Origin: Hormiphora californensis | Taxonomy: Eukaryota > Animalia > Ctenophora | DNA length: 64,000 nucleotides | Direction: 5' to 3' | Assembly: GCA_020137815.1 (NCBI GenBank) | Contig: CM035350.1 | Location: 10,354,001-10,418,000 of the forward strand | Shown here: positions 38,701 to 50,905 of the stretch, piece by piece | How the letters are laid out: the number at the start of each line of letters is the position of its first letter | Position numbering within the stretch: position 1 is the first letter of the stretch | Notes under the pieces: model-generated | The model's database searches: none | What the model was told of the DNA's origin: nothing | The model's input: the letters and a program-made list of their open reading frames with translations, nothing else | Position numbers and translations under genes: made by a program

Positions 38701-41700
38701 GGCCTCATGGTCAACAACATTGAATGGTAGGTCACCCCCCTGGTAACTGTGGTAACCCTCCCTGGTAACCATGTATACCATGGTAACTATGGTAACTGTG
38801 ATAAGCCACTCTGGTAACCATGGCAACCAATTCCTCCCAGGTATGTTAAGACCGCTAACAAGATGAAAAATACGATGAGTTCCAATCCTCGATATGGTAT
38901 CAATGTCTATCTTGAAAAGTTTTACTTTGATAACGAAGATGAGGCGTCAGGGGCCGCTGATAACGAACAGTCGGACACTTACCGCCTGATGGTCGAACAA
39001 CTCAACCGACTGAAGAAAAAAGTGCGAGGTAAAGTCTGCCCTGGTCACCCGAGTGTGGTTGAATCACCACTGGTGATGTCCCGTTAGAATTCTGCGAGTG
39101 ATTTGTGTAACACGCGATACCAGTTTACTGGTTTCTTGACTTGCGCGCGCGATCTGCACGTGCAGAATTCAGAGCCGCGCGCAAAAACTCTCTGAGCTCA
39201 GTCTCACTCTCGATCTCAGCGTAGCGGCAATCTCAGTCGCTAAATTCAAAAACGTACGATTTCTAAGTCCAATCAACAATTATTATAGTCCTCCCTCGGT
39301 TATTGCTCCACCCCCTGATGATGATTTAACATGATGATTCTATTTCAGTGATTATCATTGTTGGATACGCAAGAGACATCCTGTTTGTACTAAAGACGGC
39401 TAATAAACTTGGAATGAACAATGGACATTTCGCCTTTATCACTCAGGAATTTATACAGGCGGAACTCGATAAAACAGACAAACAGTTAGTCGAGTAAGTT
39501 ACCCATTTCTTTTGTACTGTTTAATAAACAATATATATCTACCAGTGTTAGGACTAGTAAGTGGTTTAGAAGGTGTGATTCAACAGCGGTGCTGTACACA
39601 TAATGACGGGCATATTGTGATCACACTAACCCTCACCCAATTAATATGATGACTGTAAAACTCTCTCTCTTCACTGTGTAGGTCAATTAATGGAGTTATT
39701 GACCTGGAACCATTCCAAAACAAGAGTGATGTCAACTACATATCATTTAGTACAAGTGTCAAGGAAATTGTTGAAGAGCAGGGGTACAAGAAAACAGACA
39801 AGGACGTAGTAAGTAACTTGTTTCCCTGGTAACAACTTGTTTCCCTGGTAACAACTTGTTTCCCTGGTAACAACTTGTTTCCCTGGTAACAACTTGTTTC
39901 CCTGGTAACAACTTGTTTCCATGGTAACAACTTGTTTCCCTGGTAACAACTTGTTTCCCTCGTAACAACTTGTTTCCCTGGTAACAACTTGTTTCCCTGG
40001 TAACAACTTGCTGTTAACGGTGTTAAAATAAAACTATAAACTAACTGTCAACTCCCCTTCCCAGAGTTAAACTCGACAGACCTAACAGACAGACTATAAC
40101 ATAAACAGATCGACTTTCGTAATATTGTATCGTCAGACAGAGAGAGGAAAGGTGAAATACTGTACGGCCCATGTGTAGTAGTTGCCACACACTGTGTACG
40201 GCCTCTGGTTTCGCTTGAATTGCCCAAATTTGATATTTGTCAGTTATTATATGTGCTAGTTTGAACACATTGTGTAGTAGTAACACCCTGTGTAACACAC
40301 TGTGTAACACCCTGTGTAGTAACATAATGACACTGTCCAGGTAAATCTAGTTGCTGCGCAGATGTATGACGCTGTCTAACACCCTGTGTAACACCCAGGT
40401 GAACCTAGTTGCTGCGCAGATGTATGACGCTGTCTGGCTCTATGCCAAGGCCATGAGTCTAGCACTAGAACAGGGCGTTTCCATTGACAACGGGGAAGAA
40501 CTCGTATCTATAATGTCAGAACTCAAATGGACCGGTGAGTGTGTCATGCTGTCCATCACGTGATGCCCATATATATGGTGTTGACAGTCACGTGATACCC
40601 ATATATATGGTGTTGACAGTCACGTGATGCCCATATATGGTGCTGTTTTCCCGCCTAACATGTTTTGTGTTCCAGGTAAGTCCGGTGAGATAGTGATAGA
40701 CGAGTTTGGAGATAGGATGGGTAACGTACAGATAATGAACATTCAAGATGGGGAATTTCAACATGTGAGTAGTATGTTACCATGGTTACCACCTCGGTTA
40801 ACCAAGTTACCATGGTAACCATCCCCTATCATTCCGATATCTGGGTTAGAATTATTATTACTACTCTTTAGCTGCTGCTGTTGTGAGATGGAGAATGAGT
40901 GAGTTGCTACAAAATACAAATCCCTAATCACCATAACAACGTGTTGAGTCCACCCCTTACCTACTAATTACAACGTCTATAATACCCCACCTGTAGCACC
41001 CCTTGGTTACGAAGTTACCCCTTGCCAGCGTGCGTGAAGGTCGCCCGGCGACGGGGTTATTTCGTAACCAACAGCACCCCCAAATAACAGTTCCCTCGAT
41101 TAACAATAAACTTGTGCCAAATGACCCCAGGGACCATTGATCCCTATATTCTAGATATTAGTCGTTCTAATGATCACCCAGCACCCAGTAGTACCCCCTA
41201 TTATAGTCCTAGTCTACCTCTAGCTCTACTAGTTCCCCCTATTATAGTCCTAGACTCCCCCTGGTTCTACTAGTACCCCCTATTATAGTCCTAGTCTACC
41301 TCTAGCTCTACTAGTTCCCCCTATTATAGTCCTAGTCTCCCCCTGGTTCTACTAGTACACCCTATTATAGTCCTAGTCTCCCCCTGGTTCTACTAGTACC
41401 CCCTATTATAGTCCTAGTCTCCCCCTGGTTCTACTAGTACCCCTATTATAGTCCTAGTCTCCCCCTGGTTCTACTAGTACCCCCTATTATAGTCCTAGAC
41501 TCCCCCTGGTTCTACTAGTACACCCTATTATAGTCCTAGTCTCCCCCTGGTTCTACTAGTACCCCCTATTATAGTCCTAGTCTACCCCTGGTTCTACTAG
41601 TACACCCTATTATAGTCCTAGTCTACCCCTGGTTCTACTAGTACACCCTATTATAGTCCTAGTCTACCCCTGCTTCTACTAGTACCCCCTATTATTATAG

Positions 41701-44700
41701 TCCTAGTCTACCCCTGGTTCTACTAGTACCCCTATTATAGTCCTAGTCTCCCCCTGGTTCTACTAGTACCCCTATTATAGTCCTAGTCTCCCCCTGGTTC
41801 TACTAGTACCCCCTATTATAGTCCTAGTCTCCCCCTGGTTCTACTACATAGTACCCCCTATTATTATAGTCCCAGTCTCCCTCTAGTTCTACTAGTACCC
41901 CCTATTATTATAGTCCTAGTCTACCCCTGGTTCTACTCACAGCTCACCTTTGTCATTATCGCTAAACAGACAGCTTGCCAGGGCTGTCCTCTTGTAATTA
42001 GGGGCCGTCTGGACTTCTTCTAACCTACAGTGGGGGTGTAATTAGGGGCCGTCTGGACTTCTTCTAACCTGCAGTGGGGGTGTAATTAGGGGCTGTCTGG
42101 ACTTCTTCTAACCTACAGTGGGGGGTGTAATTAGGGGCCGTCTGGACTTCTTCTAACCTACAGTGGGGGTGTAATTAGGGGCCGTCTGGACTTCTTCTAA
42201 CCTATAGCGGGGGGGGGGGGGGGTGCAGATATTACATCACTTCTTCTAACCTGTAGTTAAGTAACTACGTAGGAAACTAAACAATTTCAGACGTACATTT
42301 AATCATGTTGCGAAAGTGTATTTGAACCTCAGCTTGTACACCTACTTGGATAGATGGCATTTGTTGATGGAACTGTCGTATGTAACTGTCTTGTACCCCT
42401 CTGGGATCCATATCTTCAGACTCTCAACACAGTCCCACTCTCTGGCCGCTCCACTCACTTGGTGTTCTATCTTTACAACAGCTGAACCTGGAACCCAACA
42501 GTAAGAGTACATCTCATGGGCTCCTGCTGTTGTAGTAGTGGAAGTGGTCCAGAAGGGGTTTATACCGACCGAGGGTAGAGCAGCCGGGTCACCATGTACC
42601 GCAGGGGTGGGTTGTGCAGTGGTAGGACATAGAAGTGCAGCTGTAGCAGCCAGTAGTAGAGGAGACATGCTGGAACAAACTGATCTCTGAAGTAGTACTG
42701 GGAACTAACTAGAAACTAACTGACCCCTGCACAGTGGAGGGAACAGAACTAACTGAATCCAGTCTGCCACATAACGCAATTTGGGGCTCCTCTCATATCT
42801 TAGTTGGAACAGATAGCGAGAGAGAAAAAGAGAGAGATATAGAGAAAGAGAGATTGGGCAGCGTGGGAGTGACGCGAAATGAGCACTGTAAAGTTTCTTA
42901 TTGAGACACAAACAGAATTCCCTCTAATTCTCTCGCCAGGCTCTAACTACAGAATGGTAGCTAGTAATTACTGGCAGGTGAGGCAAGAGTTGACAGATTC
43001 TGTAATCATCAGGCGCAATTAGCCCCCCCCCCCCCACCAGACACGTGTGTTACCCCCCCCCCCCCCAGATACAAAGAAAAGAGAGATCCCATGGGATCCT
43101 AACAGACAACAGAAAGAACCGAACAGTCCCTCTATCACAGAGAGAATAGGAGTTGTAACAAGTCACTGTAATTCTTTAATTATGATTCCTAATTTCATAA
43201 TCCCACCAACCCCCGCAGCGGCCGCCATGTGTGGTGGTAAAGTAAGAGCTTTAGAGCTATCTAATACATTAGATAAAACTGACATATTGTTCTCCTTAAC
43301 AGCCATCCGAAGGAGTTCCCAGCACTTCCGCAACAATGAGATACGCCTGGGAGTGTTGGACATCTACTAGGGCCAGGTTAGTATGGTTCCTAGATGATCT
43401 AGGAACCATACTAACCTGGCCCTAGTTATCCCCTAGTTATCCCCTAATTACCCCCTAGTTACCCCCAGTTACCCCCTAGTTACCTGATACTGGTGGTGGT
43501 GTAGTTGGGGGTGTTGGTGTAATGGGATTGTAGTTACCCAGACAGGATCTGGTGGCATAAGACCCTTGACCATCTCTAACATATGTATCTGTATTCAAAT
43601 AGCACGACCCAGTTCCTTCAATAATAAAGTACATTGTTGCGGATCTGATATAATAGTGGGGTAGTTAGTAGTTAGTAGTTAGTAGTTAGTAGTTAGTAGT
43701 TAGTAGTTAGTAGTTAGTAGTTAGTAGTTAGTAGTTAGTAGTTAGTAGTTAGTAGTTAGTAGTTAGTAGTTAGTAGTTAGTAGTTAGTAGTTAGTAGTTA
43801 GTAGTTAGTAGTTAGTAGTTAGTAGTTAGTAGTTAGTAGTTAGTAGTTAGTAGTTAGTAGTTAGTAGTTAGTAGTTAGTAGTTAGTAGTTAGTAGTTAGT
43901 AGTTAGTAGTTAGTAGTTAGTAGTTAGTAGTTAGTAGTTAGTAGTTAGTAGTTAGTAGTTAGTAGTTAGTAGTAGTTAGTAGTTAGTAGTTAGTAGTTAG
44001 TAGTTAGTAGTTAGTAGTTAGTAGTTAGTAGTTAGTAGTTAGTATAGTTAGTATAGTTAGTAGTTAGTAGTTAGTAGTTAGTAGTTAGTAGTTAGTAGTT
44101 AGTAGTTAGTAGTTAGTGACAGAAGCAGAAACACCACGTCCCACACTACTTACACGAACTCAACTCCAGCCCCCACACTACTTACACGAACTCAACTCCA
44201 GCCCCCACACTACTTACACGAACTCAACTCCAGCACCCACACTACTTACACGAACTCAACTCCAGCCCCCACACTACTTACACGAACTCAACTCCAGCCC
44301 CACACTACTTACACGAACTCAACTCCAGCCCCACACTACTTACACGAACTCAACTCCAGCCCCCACACTACTTACACGAACTCAACTCCAGCCCCCACAC
44401 TACTTACACGAACTCAACTCCAGCCCCCACACTACTTACACGAACTCAACTCCAGCCCCCACACTACTTACACGAACTCAACTCCAGCCCCCACACTACT
44501 TACACGAACTCAACTCCAGCCCCCACACTACTTACACGAACTCAACTCCAGCCCCCACACTACTTACACGAACTCAACTCCAGCCCCCACACTACTTACA
44601 CGAACTCAACTCCAGCCCCCACACTACTTACACGAACTCAACTCCAGCCCCCACACTACTTACACGAACTCAACTCCAGCCCCCACACTACTTACACGAA

Positions 44701-47700
44701 CTCAACTCCAGCCCCCACACTACTTACACAAACTCAACTCCAGCCCCCACACTACTTACACGAACTCAACTCCAGCCCCCACACTACTTACACGAACTCA
44801 ACTCCAGCCCCCACACTACTTACACGAACTCAACTCCAGCCCCCACACTACTTACACGAACTCAACTCCAGCCCCCACACTACTTACACGAACTCAACTC
44901 CAGCCCCCACACTACTTACACGAACTCAACTCCAGCCCCCACACTACTTACACGAACTCAACTCCAGCCCCCACACTACTTACACGAACTCAACTCCAGC
45001 CCCCACACTACTTACACGAACTCAACTCCAGCCCCCACACTACTTACACGAACTCAACTCCGCTCATTAGGAGGAGCTCTGCACATTTCGCGTTACTACA
45101 TCTCGTACAGGAGGCGTATAGAGGGAAGGTGTATGTTATCGTGCCCTTTCTCCAACATCTGGGATCAGCAATGGACAGAGGGGCTGGTGCTGGTACTGGG
45201 TATGGTTGTGTAGCTGGTAGTGGTAGTGCCAGTGGCAGGATAGGGGCTGGTATTGGTAGTATCAGTGGCAGGATAGGGGCTGGGAGAAGGAGCAGAAGAA
45301 GGAATAGTATCGACAACATGAAACTATGGCACAATAACCAGGGGGCCCCTTATTTCTGTATAGTTTACCGTGCGTCTCTTATGTTGCAGTTTACCGTGTC
45401 ACTTGTTAGTGTGAGCATCAGCACCTGTCCCGCCATTTGGTTACGAAGTCACCCCTGTTATTATATTGCATATAGGGGTTTTATAGCTTTTATATCTCCC
45501 GTGTTCTCAATAGGAACCTCCCCTCTCCCATCCAAACTCCCCCATCCAAACTGTTGAGTAAGGGGTGGAGAAAGACCTTGTCAGCTGCACCTGGCTAGTG
45601 TACAACTACTAGTAGTGTGTCCCCTTACTCGCTCCTGCATACAGCACCCCCAACCACCCTAAACTCCAAGAGAGCTCAGCTCTAGAGGAAACAAAAAACA
45701 CCATAACTTTCCCTGTCTGGCGCCGCGACCCATCTGAGCACACTGCCGCCATACAGAACCTTCCCCTTTCTCCCCCCTCCCCCCGCAGAATCGCAGATTG
45801 ATAAATGGCGTTCTTTAACGTCCCCTTTCCCCCCCCCCCCGCAGATTGATAAATGGCGTTCTTTAACGTCCCCTTTCCCCCCCCCGCAGATTGATAAATG
45901 GCGTTCTTTAACGTCCCCTTTCCCCCCCCCCCGCAGATTGATAAATGGCGTTCTTTAACGTCCCCTTTCCCCCCCCCCCGCAGATTGATAAATGGCGTTC
46001 TTTAACGTCCCCTTTCCCCCCCCGCAGATTGATAAATGGCGTTCTTTAACGTCCCCTTTCCCCCCCCCCCCCCGCAGATTGATAAATGGCGTTCTTTAAC
46101 GTCCCCTTTCCCCCCCCCCCGCAGATTGATAAATGGCGTTCTTTAACGTCCCCTTTCCCCCCCCCGCAGATTGATAAATGGCGTTCTTTAACGTCCCCTT
46201 TCCCCCCCCCCCGCAGATTGATAAATGGCGTTCTTTAACGTCCCCTTTCCCCCCCCCCGCAGATTGATAAATGGCGTTCTTTAACGTCCCCTTTCCCCCC
46301 CCGCAGATTGATAAATGGCGTTCTTTAACGTCCCTTTCTCCCCCCGCAGATTGATAAATGGCGTTCTTTAACGTCCCCTTTCCCCCCGGCAGGTTGGTAC
46401 ATGGTGGATGTCTAGAAGCAAGCAGTTGGATCTTGCTAAGGACAATGAGAACAAAACTCAGATAATCTGGCCTGGTAACCCCGAGTCTGAACCTGTTGCC
46501 TGTGGTAGACAGTATGAACTGTGCCAGTCAGAGTCAGGTTAGTAACACCCCCCACCACCCCGCCCCTCCACCCCGCCCCACCCCCGCACCCACCACCACC
46601 CCCGCACCCACCGCCCCCCCACTCTACACTGTGGTAGACAGTATGAACTGTGCCAGTCAGAGTCAGGTTAGTAACACCCCCCACCTACCACCCCGCCCCG
46701 CGCCTCCACCCCGCGCCTCCACCCCCACCCCGCCCCCACCACTCTACATCCCTCCTCGCTACTACCCTCGCTATTTTACCATCGCTATACACGTGTTTCA
46801 TAGACAGGACGCCCTACATACCAGGGGTACCAAAGCCACCCCTGTATTTGTATCAGGGGATGCCGAGCTGTAGCTACAATCTCATGAAACTAAGTACTTC
46901 TACACGTGTGTCTTCCTATACATGTGCATGTGCTATTGCTATACATGTGCTATCATGTGTCTTCCTATACACATGCATGTGCTATTGCTATACACGTGCT
47001 ACCTCTATATTGCTATACATGTGCTACATATTATTTGTTATGTGTGTTTTGCAGATGCAGCAGCCCGGATCACCATGATAGCTCTTGCTGCGTGGACCTT
47101 TATATCTCTATTTGTTATTAAACTAGTGTACTATAACAAGCAGCCTCCCCTGAGTGAGTATTGTATCGTGTATAGTGTATACACATTGTATAGTGTATAC
47201 ACATTGTATAGTCACACATTGTATAGTCACACATTGTATAGTCACACATTGTATAGTCACACATTGTATAGTCACACATTGTATAGTCACACATTGTATA
47301 GTCACACATTGTATAGTCACACATTATATAGTGTATACACATTGTATAGTCACACATTGTATAGTGTATACACATTGTATAGTCACACATTGTATAGTGT
47401 CACATTGTATAGTCACACATTGTATAGTCACACATTGTATAGTCACACATTGTATAGTCACACATTGTATAGTCACACATTGTATAGTCACACATTGTAT
47501 AGTCACACATTGTATAGTCACACATTGTATAGTCACACATTGTATAGTCACACATTGTATAGTCACACATTGTATAGTCACACATTGTATAGTCACACAT
47601 TGTATAGTCACACATTGTATAGTCACACATTGTATAGTCACACATTGTATAGTCACACATTGTATAGTCACACATTGTATAGTCACACATTGTATAGTCA

Positions 47701-48875
47701 CACATTGTATAGTCACACATTGTATAGTCACACATTGTATAGTCACACATTGTATAGTCACACATTGTATAGTCACACATTGTATAGTCACACATTGTAT
47801 AGTCACACATTGTATAGTCACACATTGTATAGTCACACATTGTATAGTCACACATTGTATAGTCACACATTGTATAGTCACACATTGTATAGTCACACAT
47901 TGTATAGTCACACATTGTATAGTCACACATTGTATAGTCACACATTGTATAGTCACACATTGTATAGTCACACATTGTATAGTCACACATTGTATAGTCA
48001 CACATTGTATAGTCACACATTGTATAGTCACACATTGTATAGTCACACATTGTATAGTCACACATTGTATAGTCACACATTGTATAGTCACACATTGTAT
48101 AGTCACACATTGTATAGTCACACATTGTATAGTCACACATTGTATAGTCACACATTGTATAGCCACACATTGTATAGTCACACATTGTATAGTCACACAT
48201 TGTATAGTCACACATTGTATAATCACACATTGTATTATAGTCACACATTGTATAATCACACATTGTATAGCCACACATTGTATAGTCACACATTTTATAG
48301 TGCCACATTGTATAGTCACACATTGTATAGCCACACATTGTATAGTCACACATTGTATAGCCACACATTGTATAGTCCCACATTGTATAGTCACACATTG
48401 TATAGTCACACATTGTATAGTCACACATTGTATAGTCACACATTGTATAGTCACACATTGTATAGTCACACATTGTATAGTCACACATTGTATAGTCACA
48501 CATTGTATAGTGTCACATTGTATAGTCACACATTGTATAATGTATAGTCACACATTGTATAGTCACACATTGTATAGTCACACATTGTATAGTCACACAT
48601 TGTATAGTCACACATTGTATAATCACACATTGTATAGTCACACATTGTATAGTCACACATTGTATAGTCACACATTGTATAGTCACACATTGTATAGTCA
48701 CACATTGTATAGTCCACACATTGTATAATGTATTAAATCTATTACTAATAGAGGGGAGGAGACTCTGTTGGATGCAACACTATTTAAGTTGTTAGAACGG
48801 TGCTCTAAAAAGGAGTCATCAGCTGATCCTGAGGCCCAGAAAGCTTCCTGGTCCACCTTGGAAGAAGAGCTGTAG
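34842..48875 (+). CDS. ANF/natriuretic-peptide-receptor family (Venus flytrap) single-pass receptor with a short cytoplasmic tail
   Basis: In-phase exons 34842-34881, 35067-35093, 35790-35914, 37443-37606, 38136-38288, 38628-38726, 38841-39028, 39349-39493, 39682-39808, 40399-40534, 40676-40764, 46393-46537, 47055-47153/57, 48752-~48875. Motifs ARLAIRDIN, LIGISCS, WNIPVVS, FPTFAR, MYDAVWLYAKA, GKSGEIVIDEFGDR, IIWPG..P..CG...C, then a TM helix. Confidence 0.85.
35205..35590. repeat. 15-bp intronic minisatellite (atgtgtaatgataac)
   Basis: About 25 copies. Confidence 0.95.
35881..36400 (+). repeat. 37-bp array (~14 copies) of exon end plus donor
   Basis: ...gctaactgacattacatcaatacattactcg|gttagt; the first copy is coding (VLTDITSIHYS). 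Confidence 0.95.
36506..37406. mobile_element. MITE with ~190-bp TIRs, TA-flanked
   Basis: ta|ggtcattcggtaaatatctggacagg... and ...cctgtccagatatttaccgaatgacc|ta. Confidence 0.88.
37597..38108 (+). repeat. 22-bp array (~23 copies) of exon end plus donor
   Basis: atggagacaa|gttagtgttgtc; the first copy encodes NGDK. Confidence 0.95.
39813..40010. repeat. 19-bp array (~10 copies) starting at a donor site
   Basis: gtaacaacttgtttccctg repeated. Confidence 0.9.
41190..41936. repeat. ~41-bp minisatellite (ctagtaccccctattatagtcctagtctccccctggttcta)
   Basis: About 18 degenerate copies immediately downstream of the nested gene's last visible exon. Confidence 0.9.
41937..42668 (-). CDS. Nested secreted protein with a PAN/Apple-like Cys domain
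   Basis: Signal peptide MSPLLLAATAALLC; exon 42668-42346 (CWVPG...WDCVE...TYDSSINKCHLSK) splices in phase to 42024-41937 (LEEVQTAPNYKRTALASC...KGEL*). Confidence 0.65.
41993..42256 (-). repeat. ~45-bp acceptor plus exon-start array (5 copies and 1 partial)
   Basis: ctgtag|gttagaagaagtccagacggcccctaattac repeated. Confidence 0.9.
43296..45319 (-). CDS. Nested secreted protein: Pro-rich N-terminus and PAN/Apple-like Cys domain
   Basis: In-phase exons 45319-45048 (MLSILFLLLLLLP...CWRKG...CTRCSNAKC), 43644-43484 (MYFIIEGTGSCYLN...ATRSC) and 43366-43296. Confidence 0.65.
43660..44117. repeat. 7-bp repeat (gttagta)n
   Basis: About 65 copies. Confidence 0.97.
44141..45061 (-). repeat. 32-bp array (~28 copies) of exon end plus donor
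   Basis: ggagttgagttcgt|gtaagtagtgtgggggct. Confidence 0.95.
45793..46392 (+). repeat. ~46-bp array (~13 copies) of branch point, pyrimidine tract and CAG
   Basis: gcagattgataaatggcgttctttaacgtcccctttccccccccc; ends at the real acceptor 46392. Confidence 0.92.
47168..48727. repeat. 15-bp minisatellite (tgtatagtcacacat) filling an intron
   Basis: About 100 copies. Confidence 0.97.
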
Positions 48876-49964
48876 TGGTTACCATGGTAGTAGTAACCAC
48901 ATGGTAACTATGGTAACTGTAGTAGGTTCAGCTGCAGCACAGTTTAGCTCCTCCCTCATTAAGGCAGCTGCTGTGGAGCAATGCACCGATTTACTGTACC
49001 CACAGTTCTAACCTCCACGTTTAAACACTAAACAGGCACCCTATTAAAATTATTGCTGCTGCCCTCATTCAATTACTGCTGCTGATTCTTCCTCATTGCA
49101 ATGCTGCTGTTTTCAGCCCTTCAAAAACCAATGGCTGCTATCATCCGGTGTAACCCACTTTTAAAAACAGCTATTTTCTTTGTCAGGCCAATGCTCTGAC
49201 ATTGTATTCTAGCCTGTGCCGCGGAGTACCCCATCTCACTGCTGCAAGCTCAGAGAATCAAATCGGGGGCTCGCGCCGCCAGACAGCCAAGCAGCTGCTG
49301 CACTTGGCCCACTCCCCCTTTTAACCACTCCCCCTCTCCACTGCAACATCTCTGGTACCCGCTTCTTTCTCTCTCTTTACCCCCTGATCCAGCTGTCAGC
49401 TGCACTATCTAGTATCCCTCCTAACCAATCCTATATTTTCAGATGCTATGGCGAAGATAATCTTGATGGCTCTGGTCTGCATGGCCTTCTTGTTTGGGCT
49501 TTTAGTCCGCCTTTATCTATATAATAGGACAAATAAATGAGAGGACTTTTAACCGATCTTACTGGTCCCTACTGGCAGCTTCCTTTCTCCCGGCTCCCAT
49601 CCCCTTACTTCGCAATACCAGAACCAGCAGAATTATATTCAGAGTGATTTACAAGACAATGAATTGAAATCTGAAAATAATGATGAGACTAGAGACCAAT
49701 TCAGATAAACATTTACTATTTAACTATTTAATAACTTGTTAAAATAATTTTCCGTCCGACGTCCGTGGTGTAGTGACTAGTACCTAGTCGCGTCAACTCT
49801 AGGTATACCCCATTTATTGATCTGCTATCTGCTATTAGAAGGTCCACACACTTGTTGAGTAAGGGGTGGTGTCTCAGATTGCTCTGGATCAGCTGTGTGG
49901 GCACATGTCTCAGATTGTTATTTTTATTGAGGTTGTTGCGTGTTGATAACCGTTATTATTATTG

Positions 49965-50290
49965 GGGGGGGTGACACGTAACACTTTGTAACACTTTGTA
50001 ACATGTGCAGAAAACTTTTTGTGCACGTTACATGTTACAAAGTGTTACAAAGTGTTACAAAGTGTTACAAAGTGTTACAAAGTGTTACAAAATGTTACAA
50101 AGTGTTACAAAATGTTACAAAATGGGCATTTTTTGCAACATTTTGCAACATTTTGCAACATTTTGTAACACTTTGTAACACTTTGTAACACTTTGTAACA
50201 CTTGTAACACTTTGTAACATGTGCAGAAAATATTTTGTGCACGTTACATGTTACAAAGTGTTACAAAGTGTTACGTGTCACCCCCCCCCC
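49965..50290. mobile_element. G-run-terminated foldback MITE with 10-bp internal repeats
   Basis: gggggggtgacacgtaacactttg... and ...caaagtgttacgtgtcacccccc; 8-bp TSD tattattg (49957-64, 50291-98). Confidence 0.85.
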
Positions 50291-50905
50291 TATTATTGTT
50301 GATTGATGTATGCCGATTGGTTTTGTACTCGACCTTTAAATGGCTGTCTTTGATTTATCAGCATGTAGCTGCACAGGGAGGCCACTGTTTTTATACAGTG
50401 GGGGATGGAGTATGGACCGCGGTCGACCGTTCAACTACAGTTACAGACAGACACATGTGTTGGAGGGAGGGAAAGAGCGCGCGCGGAAAACCATGCTATT
50501 TTCGACACTGCTGATATGACACAGTGAACGTACCGCGCGCTACATACATGGACATCAAAAAGTGTGTCAGATGGGGGGACACTGCAGGGTATAGAACTGC
50601 AAATTAAATGCAGACTGCAGTAGAGACAACACACTGCCAACCTATCACAGATCACGCTGTTAGAGTTCGACAATATTTTATCCGCTAGGGGAAGGATCCA
50701 TGCAAATAGATAATAGAGATACATTGTTTGTTTTAAATTTCAAATCGCAAAAGCCTTTACAAAATACATTAGTGTAAATATACAGTGTCTCTAACACAGC
50801 CTGATTTTGAAAACAGTCCTTCATTTAGAGTTCGTCCTGGAGGGAAGGTTACACCATGGTAACCATGGTAACCATGTGTTGTTATCCTAGTTACCATGGT
50901 TACCT

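Noticed and set aside
46922-48728. 500-aa repetitive ORFs (YSHTL)n and (CIVTH)n; likewise 35112-35780 and 44116-45213
   Set aside because: These are stop-free frames of intronic minisatellites; the flanking exons splice around them in phase.
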